This document shows positions 55,068-62,773 of a DNA stretch of 64,000 nt, piece after piece. The translations under genes were made by a program, and so were the position numbers. The DNA comes from an uncultured delta proteobacterium. GTDB taxonomy: Bacteria > Desulfobacterota > Binatia > UBA9968. Within the stretch, counting starts at the first letter, position 1; each line of letters begins with the position of its first letter. Where the stretch lies: NCBI GenBank assembly GCA_963804165.1, contig CAWDPO010000016.1:114284-178283 (forward strand), in the 5' to 3' direction. The notes below the pieces were generated by a model. The model was not told where the DNA came from. It saw only the letters and a program-made list of their open reading frames with translations, and did not search any database.

Positions 55068-56109
55068 ATGGATTCGAGTTTGGATCGACTCTTTCGAAAT
55101 TAATTTTAAATCCGCAATCCGCAATCTCAAATCCGCAATTCTACTGGGCGCTATGCTCTTTGCACTTTGCGTGTCCGCCTCTGCGCAGCAGTCGAAGAAA
55201 GTTTACCGGATAGGGTATCTAGCACCGACGGACCCAGCTACGGAGTCTAACCGTTCCGACGCAATTCGGCTGTCGTTGCGCGAGCGCGGCTACATTGAAG
55301 GACAGAACATCGCATTCGAGTTCCGCTATGCGGATGGGAAGCTCGATCGGTTTCCTGAGCTTGCGGCCGAACTTGTGCGTCTCAAGGTCGATATCATCGT
55401 GGCTGCCGGTGGGGAAGTGCTGACCCGGGCGGCCAAGAGCGCGACCCAAGCGCTTCCCATCGTCATGGCGGGCAGCGGCGTCGATCCTGTCGAGGCTGGC
55501 CTAATTGAAAGTTTGGCTCGTCCCGGCGGCAACGTCACCGGCATGACAAACCTTCAGGGAGATCTGGGCGGTAAGCGGCTGGAGCTACTAAAAGAAGCGG
55601 TTCCCAAACTCGCGCGCGTCGCGGTTCTCCACGATCCAGCCAGTCCGGGCACAACCCGCGAGATGTACGAGTTTCTACCGCCCGCGGCGCGTAAGCTGCG
55701 GTTGACACTTCAACCTTGGGAGGTACGAACTGCGGACGGTTTTGAGAAGGTTTTTGCGGCTCTAACTAAGGAACACCCGGACGGACTATACGTACCCAAT
55801 AGCCCTCTAATAAGCGCTAACCAAAAAACGATCGCGCGTTTTGCGTTAAAGAGCCGATTGCCGTCGGTGTTCCAAATTAAAGAACATGTCGATGCCGGCG
55901 GGCTCATGTCCTACGGCGCGGACCTCGCCGACAGCTACCGGCGCGTCGCCTATTACGTGGACAGAATCCTGAAGGGCGCCAAACCTGCCGAACTGCCGGT
56001 GGAGCAGCCGACGAAGTTCGAGTTCGTGATCAATCTCAAGACGGCGAAGCAGATCGGCCTGACGATTCCGCAAAGGGTGCTGGGGCGGGCGGACAGAGTT
56101 ATAAAATGA
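55068..56109 (+). CDS. ABC_sub_bind-type substrate-binding protein, copy m (intact from 55153; upstream ATG out of frame)
   Basis: MLFALCVSASAQQSKKVYRIGYL ... PQRVLGRADRVIK. Confidence 0.92.
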
Positions 56110-56162
56110 CAGTGAGCCAGTAAGCAGTGAGCAGCTAATGAAAAACCGGTGTGCAACAATGC

Positions 56163-57143
56163 ATGATCAAACAAATTCTTTTGCTGCTTACTGTTAATTG
56201 TCTTTCTGTTTACTGTTTGTTTCCCGCCGAGGCGCAGCAGCCGACGAAAATTCCTCGCATAGGATACGTTGGTCCCGCCACGACCGATCCCCGCACCGCG
56301 TCATTCCGGCAAGGTTTGCGCGATCTCGGCTATACGGAGGAGAAAAATATCCTGGTCGAGTATCGTTACGTTGGCGGGAGACTGGACCAGTTCCCTGTTG
56401 TTGTGGCCGAGCTCGTGCAGCAAAAGGTGGATGTGCTCGTCGCCGTGCCCTTTCAAGCGATCCTCGCAGCCAAGCAGGCGACCCAGACGATCCCCATTGT
56501 CATGGTGACAACGTTGGATCCGGTCGCGACCGGGATCGTCGATAGCTTGGCGCGACCGGGCGGAAACATCACGGGGCTCGCCAGACTCACCCGGGTATTG
56601 GGTGCAAAACGGTTGGAGTTGATTAAGGAGACCGCTCCGAAGGTATCGCGAGTCGGAGTGCTGTGGGCGGCGGATGACGAGGGCTCGGCGATTGGTTTTA
56701 AAGATTATGAGGCAGCAGCGGGCGCACTAAATTTACCCCTTCAGAGCCTTGCTGTGCGCGGCCCGACTCCTGATTTGGAAAGTGCGATCGGAGACGCGGC
56801 CAAGGGACCATCGACCGCGCTTATTGCAATCAGGGGCGGTCTGCTCAATCGGTATCAAAAGCGGATTGCGGATCTCGCCATCGAGAACCGTCTGCCTTCT
56901 ATGTTTGAAGGAAACGACTTTGTAAATGCAGGCGGGCTGATGTCCTATACAACCGATGATGACGAGAGTTTCAAGCGTGCCGCTGTTTATATGGACAAGA
57001 TTCTGAAGGGCGCCAAGCCCAGTGAATTGCCTGTGGAGCAGCCGAAGAAGTTTGAGTTGGTGATCAATCTGAATACAGCGAAGCAGATCGGCCTGACGAT
57101 TCCGCCGGATGTGCTGGTGCGAGCGGACAAGGTGATTCGGTGA
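56163..57143 (+). CDS. ABC_sub_bind-type substrate-binding protein, copy n (intact, divergent)
   Basis: [15 protein letters not shown] ... [11 protein letters not shown] ... PPDVLVRADKVIR. Confidence 0.93.
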   Translation: MIKQILLLLTVNCLSVYCLFPAEAQQPTKIPRIGYVGPATTDPRTASFRQGLRDLGYTEEKNILVEYRYVGGRLDQFPVVVAELVQQKVDVLVAVPFQAILAAKQATQTIPIVMVTTLDPVATGIVDSLARPGGNITGLARLTRVLGAKRLELIKETAPKVSRVGVLWAADDEGSAIGFKDYEAAAGALNLPLQSLAVRGPTPDLESAIGDAAKGPSTALIAIRGGLLNRYQKRIADLAIENRLPSMFEGNDFVNAGGLMSYTTDDDESFKRAAVYMDKILKGAKPSELPVEQPKKFELVINLNTAKQIGLTIPPDVLVRADKVIR

Positions 57144-57193
57144 CAAGAAGGCAACAGGCAACAGGGCTTCGGAGTCGGCGTGCCGATCCTCAG

Positions 57194-57544
57194 CTACCCG
57201 ACAAACCCGTCTACCGGGATCAAACGCTTGGCGACGGGATCGACTGCAAGGAAAAGACTTTCAAGAGCCACGGCGCCGAGCAGCGCAGGACCGTCGGGCG
57301 CAATGAAGCATGGAGTCGTAATTTCATCGCCGTTCAGAGCCAACCGCGCTTCGGCTACGGGCCATACGTCTCGCTGTCCGCCAGCGATCACGACGCGTTG
57401 AGACCGTGCGGGCTTGAGCTCAAGCCTTTCCGCCAGCGATCGGGGCACCACGCTCAGAGTAGCGCCGGTGTCCACAAGAAGCTCAACTTCTTCGACACGT
57501 CCCGTCGGACCGCTCAGGCGTCCCTTTACGTGAAAAAGTCCCAT
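57194..57544 (-). CDS. Retropepsin-like (clan AA) aspartyl protease
   Basis: ELLVDTGATLSVVP and ALLGAVALESL; possible own promoter TTGCGT-N16-TACAAT at 57572-57599. Confidence 0.85.
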   Translation of the reverse strand: MGLFHVKGRLSGPTGRVEEVELLVDTGATLSVVPRSLAERLELKPARSQRVVIAGGQRDVWPVAEARLALNGDEITTPCFIAPDGPALLGAVALESLFLAVDPVAKRLIPVDGFVG

Positions 57545-57684
57545 CGCAAATGCCTTCTCAAAAGCACGGCCATTGTAGCTCAGCCGACAAACAACGCAAC
57601 AACAACGATCAGTCAAAAGAAGGATAGATGGAACTCGGAGCAAAATGTCTTCGATGTCGGTTTCTAGTTGCCGATGAGCGAATT

Positions 57685-57711
57685 GCGCGGGCGGATAAAG
57701 TCATTAAATGA
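57685..57711 (+). pseudogene. Orphan 3'-end remnant of an array paralog
   Basis: GCGCGGGCGGATAAAGTCATTAAATGA = ARADKVIK*, followed directly by a CAGTGAG heptamer leader. Confidence 0.8.
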
Positions 57712-57764
57712 CAGTGAGCGGTGAGCAGTAAGCAGTGAGCAGCAAAAAACCGGGAGCAAAACGG

Positions 57765-58757
57765 ATGATCAAACAAATTCTTTTCTGCCTACTGCTAACT
57801 GTCTTTCTGTTTACTGTTTTTTCTGCAGAGGCGCAGCAGCCAACGAAAGTAGCACGGATAGGCTATCTAGTGGCGGGCGATCCAGCTGGTGAGTCCGCCC
57901 GCGCTGAGGCCATTCGGCTGAATCTGCGCGAGCTTGGCCACGTGGAAGGACAGAACATCGCCAGCGAGTACCGATATTCGCATGGGAAAAACGATCGAGC
58001 TTCTGAGCTTGCTGCCGAGCTAGTACGTCTCAGGGTTGATGTCATTGTGGTAGCAGGAGGAGACCCGTGGATTCGGGCGGCCAAGAACGCGACCAAAACA
58101 ATTCCCATCGTTATGGTGGGCGTTGGGGGCGATCCCGTCGAGGCAGGCCTGGTGGAGAGCCTTGCCCGTCCCGGCGGCAACGTCACCGGCATTACAAACC
58201 TTGGCCCAGAACTAGGTGGGAAGCGGCTGGAACTGCTAAAAGAAGCGGTTACCAAACTTGCCCGTGTCGCGGTTCTCTACGATCCGGCTAGTCCGGGCAC
58301 GGCACGTGAGATGAAAGAGCTTCTCCCAGTCGCGGCCCGTGGGCTGGGGTTGACCCTTCAGACTTGGGATGTACGAGCTGCGGACGGTTTCGAGAAGGTA
58401 TTCGCTGCGCTGAGTAAGGAGCGCCCGGATGGACTCTATGTGCTCTCCGGCCCGCTAGTGCGTGCTAACGGAAAACGGATCGCGGATCTTGCGTTAAAGA
58501 GTCGGCTACCGTCGATGTACGCCATAAGAGAGTCTGTAGATACCGGCGGGCTCATGTACTACGGGGCGGACGTCGCGGACAGCTACCGGCGCGTCGCCTA
58601 TTTCGTTGACAAGATCCTGAAAGGCGCAAAACCGGCTGACCTGCCCGTCGAGCAGCCGACAAAGTTTGAGTTCATCATCAATCTCAAGACAGCCAAGCAG
58701 ATCGGTCTGACGATTCCGCAAAGGGTGTTGGGGCGGGCAGACAAGGTCATCAAGTAA
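57765..58757 (+). CDS. ABC_sub_bind-type substrate-binding protein, copy p (intact)
   Basis: [35 protein letters not shown] ... PQRVLGRADKVIK. Confidence 0.94.
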   Translation: MIKQILFCLLLTVFLFTVFSAEAQQPTKVARIGYLVAGDPAGESARAEAIRLNLRELGHVEGQNIASEYRYSHGKNDRASELAAELVRLRVDVIVVAGGDPWIRAAKNATKTIPIVMVGVGGDPVEAGLVESLARPGGNVTGITNLGPELGGKRLELLKEAVTKLARVAVLYDPASPGTAREMKELLPVAARGLGLTLQTWDVRAADGFEKVFAALSKERPDGLYVLSGPLVRANGKRIADLALKSRLPSMYAIRESVDTGGLMYYGADVADSYRRVAYFVDKILKGAKPADLPVEQPTKFEFIINLKTAKQIGLTIPQRVLGRADKVIK

Positions 58758-58860
58758 TTTTGGATTTTCGATTTTAGATTTTGGATTGAAGCGCAGGAGA
58801 ATAATTCTATGATTCGATTTCCTTCCGAGAATCCAAAATCGGCAATCCAAAATCCAAAAT
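58757..58860. repeat. ATTTTGG/CCAAAAT heptamer inverted repeat enclosing RBS and ATG (same type at 42588-42683, 44822-44966, 46970-47095)
   Basis: ATTTTGG ATTTTCG ATTTTAG ATTTTGG ATT ... AGGAG ... ATG ... AATCCAA AATCGGC AATCCAA AATCCAA AAT. Confidence 0.9.
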
Positions 58861-59825
58861 GGCTGGGGCCGTCGGTAATTGCTTTCGCGCTCGTGGTGGT
58901 TGGGGCTGTGGCGTATGCCCAGGACGGAAAACCCAAGATCAGAATCGCGATTCCTAGTGCGTCGATATGTTGTCTTCATTTGTTCGCCGCGCAGCAATGG
59001 AAAGTATTCGAAGACAACGGGCTCGACGTCGAGATTATTCAAATGCGGCCTCAGGTGGCTAATGCCGCCATGATCGCCGGAGAAATTCATTATTTCGCCG
59101 GCGTCGGTCCCAATTCGGTCGCAGCGACTTTGCGCGGGATGTCTTCCAGGGCGGTTTGGTTTGCTTCCGATCAGCTCATTTACTCGCTTTTAGCGCGGCC
59201 CGAGTTCAAAACTCTAAGAGAACTGCGCTCGAAGCGCCTCGCTGTCGGTGGCTTGGGCGATACGACTGAGGTGTCGTTGCGGATCGGCCTGGAAGCGGCC
59301 GGGGAAAACCCGAAAGACTTCGTCATTCTCGGCGTCGGAAATCCAAATATAATGAGCGCGCTGGATAGTGGAAACGTCGAGGCTGCGCTGCTCAATCCGC
59401 CGCTGTTGTACTATGCCAAACGAAAAGGTTTTCGGGAGGTTTTGGATGTCGGAGCGCACGTCAAGATGCCGCTCGGCGGCCTGACAACGATGGCTTCGAC
59501 GATTCAAAATCGGCCCGCCGAAATGCGCCGCCTCATCCGCGCCATGCAGATCGCCAAGAGAAGCATGCTTCAATCCAAGGAGAAAAGTGTCGACGTGATG
59601 ATCCGGTTTTTCAAAGTCAATCGAGAAACCGCGCAAGATACATTTACGGATTATCAAAAAACCGTCAGTGGAAACGGTGTTCCGAGCCGCGAGGGCATCG
59701 AGCAAATCGTTAAATCGCTTCAAATGCTTGGGCAGTTCAGCGGCAGGAAAATCCCCTTTGAAGAGGTCGCCGATGCGCGGATCGCGAGAGAAGTGGCGAA
59801 GGAGCTGGGGTATAAGGTTGAATAA
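58809..59825 (+). CDS. ABC substrate-binding protein, NMT1/SsuA-like (paralog of 36831-37829) carrying an array-type leader
   Basis: SICCLHLFAAQQWKVFEDNGLDVE ... REVAKELGYKVE. Confidence 0.9.
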   Translation: MIRFPSENPKSAIQNPKWLGPSVIAFALVVVGAVAYAQDGKPKIRIAIPSASICCLHLFAAQQWKVFEDNGLDVEIIQMRPQVANAAMIAGEIHYFAGVGPNSVAATLRGMSSRAVWFASDQLIYSLLARPEFKTLRELRSKRLAVGGLGDTTEVSLRIGLEAAGENPKDFVILGVGNPNIMSALDSGNVEAALLNPPLLYYAKRKGFREVLDVGAHVKMPLGGLTTMASTIQNRPAEMRRLIRAMQIAKRSMLQSKEKSVDVMIRFFKVNRETAQDTFTDYQKTVSGNGVPSREGIEQIVKSLQMLGQFSGRKIPFEEVADARIAREVAKELGYKVE

Positions 59826-59829
59826 GGAG

Positions 59830-59945
59830 AAAGGGGGAATTTACTCCGTGGGATTCTCACCCCTCTTTGGCAAAGAGGGGAAGGGGAGATTTTTGAACCG
59901 AATGACGCGGGAATAATGCAGTGAAATTCTGAGTCAGGACACTAG
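59830..59945. mobile_element. Inverted partial copy of the CTAG-ended MITE-like element
   Basis: Reverse complement CTAGTGTCCTGACTCAGAA...AAAATCTCCCCTTCCCCTCTTTGCCAAAGAGGGGTGA matches 39917-39995. Confidence 0.55.
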
Positions 59946-59966
59946 AAATCTGGTAAATAATTTATG

Positions 59967-60063
59967 CATCATTCCGGACAACCCACGATCACAGTCCGGT
60001 GTAGCGCGAGGCGGAATCCAGAATTCCAGAAAAGCCTGGATACCCGCTTTCGCGGACATGACG
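59967..60063. repeat. CGTC-type palindromic repeat
   Basis: Copy of 38883-38983, with CTGGATACCCGCTTTCGCGGACATGACG. Confidence 0.75.
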
Positions 60064-60143
60064 GGTAGAGGCGAATAATTTTAGTCAACGAGATTAATGC
60101 CACAATGTTAAACCGCGAGTTCATTACCGACGAGGAACATCTC

Positions 60144-61121
60144 ATGCAGACCAAGACCTTCGCGATCGTATTCGCTTTAGTCGGACTGCTAATTCTGGCG
60201 AGTGAGTCACACGCGCAGGAGCGGCTAAAAAAGATCCGCATCACGTATCCGACCGAGTCGATCGCCGTGCTGCCGTTATTCGCTGCTGTGAAATGGAAAT
60301 TGTTCGAAGAGAATGATCTGCAGGCCGAAATCATTCAAGCCCGCTCGCCCGTGGCCAATGCGGCGCTGGCGAGCGGCGAAATCGGTTACTTCGCTGGCGT
60401 TGGTCCGGCATCAGTCAGCGCGACGCTGCGCGGACTGCAATCGCGCGCCGTTTGGTTCGCCAGCGACGAAATTATTTATCTGCTGCTCACGCGGCCGGAC
60501 ATTGCGAGCGTTCGAGAGCTTCGAAATAAAAAGATCGCCCTTACCGGATTGGGCGGCACGTCGCACGTGGCTCTCCAGATTGCGCTGGAGGCGGTCGGCG
60601 AAAATCCCAAAAACTTTCTTTACATCTCGATCACCGCGGCGCAAACCATGGCCGCACTGGAAAGCGGTGTGGTCGATGCGGCACTTTTGAGCCCGCCTTA
60701 CGATTTTTACGCTAAGAAAAAAGGATTTCGTGAAGTGCTCAACGCGGGGACCTATGCTCGGATGCCTTTTGGCGGCCTTACGGTGATGATCGCAACGCTG
60801 CGTAATCGAGCCGACGAGTTAAAGAAGGTGATTCGTGCCATGCAAGTGGCCAAGCAGGAGATGCTCAAATCCAAGGAAAAAACCGTGGCGCTAATCTCCA
60901 ATTTTTTGAAAGTCGACCGGGACGCGGCGGAAAACACCTACGCGGTTTATGGCAAGACCGTCAGCGGCAGCGGCGTGCCGAGTCGCGACGGCATCGATCA
61001 GATTATGAAATCACTCCAGTTGGCTGGGCAATTCACCGACCGCAAAGTGGCATTCGAAGAAGTCGCCGACGACCGCATCGCCAAGGAAGTCGCCAAAGAG
61101 TTAGGCTACAAGATCAACTGA
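60144..61121 (+). CDS. ABC substrate-binding protein, NMT1/SsuA-like
   Basis: MQTKTFAIVFALVGLLILASESHAQE signal peptide; FEENDLQAE, LASGEIGY, LRNKKIALTGLGG. Confidence 0.9.
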   Translation: MQTKTFAIVFALVGLLILASESHAQERLKKIRITYPTESIAVLPLFAAVKWKLFEENDLQAEIIQARSPVANAALASGEIGYFAGVGPASVSATLRGLQSRAVWFASDEIIYLLLTRPDIASVRELRNKKIALTGLGGTSHVALQIALEAVGENPKNFLYISITAAQTMAALESGVVDAALLSPPYDFYAKKKGFREVLNAGTYARMPFGGLTVMIATLRNRADELKKVIRAMQVAKQEMLKSKEKTVALISNFLKVDRDAAENTYAVYGKTVSGSGVPSRDGIDQIMKSLQLAGQFTDRKVAFEEVADDRIAKEVAKELGYKIN

Positions 61122-61202
61122 TTACCGGCGGATATCCATCCGCAAGAGGTTAATTCCTCTTCCCTACTACAAGACTGTGCTAGAACCAAAAAGTCACATC
61201 AG

Positions 61203-61286
61203 CGTCATTCTGAACGAAGTGAAGAATCTCGACCGATTGACGAGTTACAAAAGACGAGATCCTTCGGCTATCGCCTCAGGATGACA
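61203..61286. repeat. Palindromic intergenic repeat (GTCATTCTGA...TCAGGATGAC class)
   Basis: Copy of 36639-36723. Confidence 0.8.
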
Positions 61287-61348
61287 TTGCCACGCGGTCT
61301 CGCTGCCAGTGGGCGACTTGATGGTTATTCGGTTTCACTAGAATTTGC

Positions 61349-61405
61349 GTGGACGACGCTCTGTGGTCGCCCGTTCGAAGGGCAGACACATAGGTCTGCC
61401 CCTAC
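61349..61405. repeat. GTAG-type REP doublet (left unit degenerate)
   Basis: GGGCAGAC-ACATAG-GTCTGCCC-CTAC; related to 34726-34781. Confidence 0.72.
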
Positions 61406-61555
61406 GTCATTCGGTGAAAATTAGCGGATTCGCTGGTGGCAGCGCTTTGCTTGACACATCGAGACGATGTCGGATATTTCTGACCGCGAACGAACGTGGC
61501 ACTGGCGAACTCTGCGCCGGTCCGATAGCCTTTTGATTCAGAGAGGAAAATAGTC

Positions 61556-62704
61556 ATGGCGTTGAGTAAAGAAGAGAACGAGATGCTCACTCGGGTGGGA
61601 CCCGGCACGCCCGCGGGCGAGATGCTGCGACGCTATTGGCAGCCGATCGGTCTCGACGCGGAACTTAAAGACAAGCCGAAGCGGAGACGAATCCTCGGCG
61701 AAGACGTAGTCATGTTCCGCGACGATCAGGGCCGAGTTGGAGTGTTGGCTCTGCGCTGCATGCATCGCGGCACCTCGTTGGAATTCGGCCATATCGAGAA
61801 CGGTGGGCTGCGCTGCTGTTACCACGGCTGGCTTTACGACGTCGAAGGCAAGGTTTTGGAGACGCCGGGGGAGCCGCCGACGAGCACGTTCAAGGAGCGC
61901 GTTCGCCAGCCGGCGTACAAAGCCCAAGTGTTGGGTGGGGTGATCTTCGTTTACATGGGACCGGAGCCGGCGCCGCTCTTGCCGAGGTACGATGTGCTGG
62001 TCAAAGAGGACGGGGTGCGCGCGCGCCGGGCGCGGACGGTGAACTGCAATTTTTTTCAAATGATCGAGAATTCCGTCGACCAGAATCATTTGAAATGGCT
62101 GCACCGCACGGCGAAAACGCCGGACTGGGACGACGGCGAGATCAATCCTCAACAATTCGAATACGGAATTCTCAACACCTACACCCGGCGTGTCGCCGGT
62201 AAAAAATGGGCGCACTGTAACTTTTTTGTCATGCCGACGATGAATAAGACCGGCAACGTCGAAGAAGGCCATCCGACCGAACACCGGGCCAGCAGCGCCG
62301 GCGAGGTCATGCGCTGGCGGGTGCCGATCGATGACACGCACTCGATGCACTTCACCGTGGAGTTCGGCGCTGTCGTCGATGGCAAGCCGGTTGCCGACAT
62401 CATGAAGGACGATTCGGCGGCAGGGCTGCGCGAGAGTCAATTCGGCGTTTACAAATGGGACGAGTCGATCGGCTGGTTCGCCAGAGGCGATCAGGATCGA
62501 GTGGCGCAGGAAAGCCAGGGACCGATCTTCGACCGGACCACGGAACATCTGGCCTACACGGATCGGGGCGTGATCCTCTTGCGCCGCTTGTATAAGGAAT
62601 CCATCGAGGCGGTGACACAGGGACGCGATCCGATCGGAGTTGTGCGCGATCCGGAAAAGAATCGGATTATCCGGCTGGAGCCGCATGAGGATTTGCTGGA
62701 TTGA
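61556..62704 (+). CDS. Rieske non-heme iron oxygenase alpha subunit (phthalate dioxygenase-like group)
   Basis: LTRVGPGTPAGEMLRRYWQP, CMHRG..CCYHGW, ENSVDQNHLKWLH, QDRVAQESQG, EHLAYTDRG. Confidence 0.93.
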   Translation: MALSKEENEMLTRVGPGTPAGEMLRRYWQPIGLDAELKDKPKRRRILGEDVVMFRDDQGRVGVLALRCMHRGTSLEFGHIENGGLRCCYHGWLYDVEGKVLETPGEPPTSTFKERVRQPAYKAQVLGGVIFVYMGPEPAPLLPRYDVLVKEDGVRARRARTVNCNFFQMIENSVDQNHLKWLHRTAKTPDWDDGEINPQQFEYGILNTYTRRVAGKKWAHCNFFVMPTMNKTGNVEEGHPTEHRASSAGEVMRWRVPIDDTHSMHFTVEFGAVVDGKPVADIMKDDSAAGLRESQFGVYKWDESIGWFARGDQDRVAQESQGPIFDRTTEHLAYTDRGVILLRRLYKESIEAVTQGRDPIGVVRDPEKNRIIRLEPHEDLLD

Positions 62705-62751
62705 ACGATTGTTCAAGCCGTTCAAAAGTTCAAAGGTTCAAATGTTCAAAG
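62701..62751. repeat. Tandem GTTCAA repeats (also 63853-63923 and 28600-28660)
   Basis: GTTCAAGCC GTTCAAAA GTTCAAAG GTTCAAAT GTTCAAAG. Confidence 0.75.
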
Positions 62752-62773
62752 TCGAGACGGAGCGGAGGGCTGA

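Noticed and set aside
40500-58760. Classical integron with attC sites
   Set aside because: No consistent RYYYAAC...GTTRRRY boundaries and no tyrosine recombinase. Only a weak resemblance at about 43660 (TAACAGTGCAGCGG).
40500-58760. Diversity-generating retroelement
   Set aside because: No reverse transcriptase or template repeat in the window, and variation is spread over several loops instead of one C-terminal region. A trans-acting system is not excluded.
40605-59090. Recurrent minus-strand ORFs ([20 protein letters not shown].., [13 protein letters not shown]..) as a second gene family
   Set aside because: They are antisense shadows of the conserved binding-protein codons, with inconsistent starts and no independent motifs.
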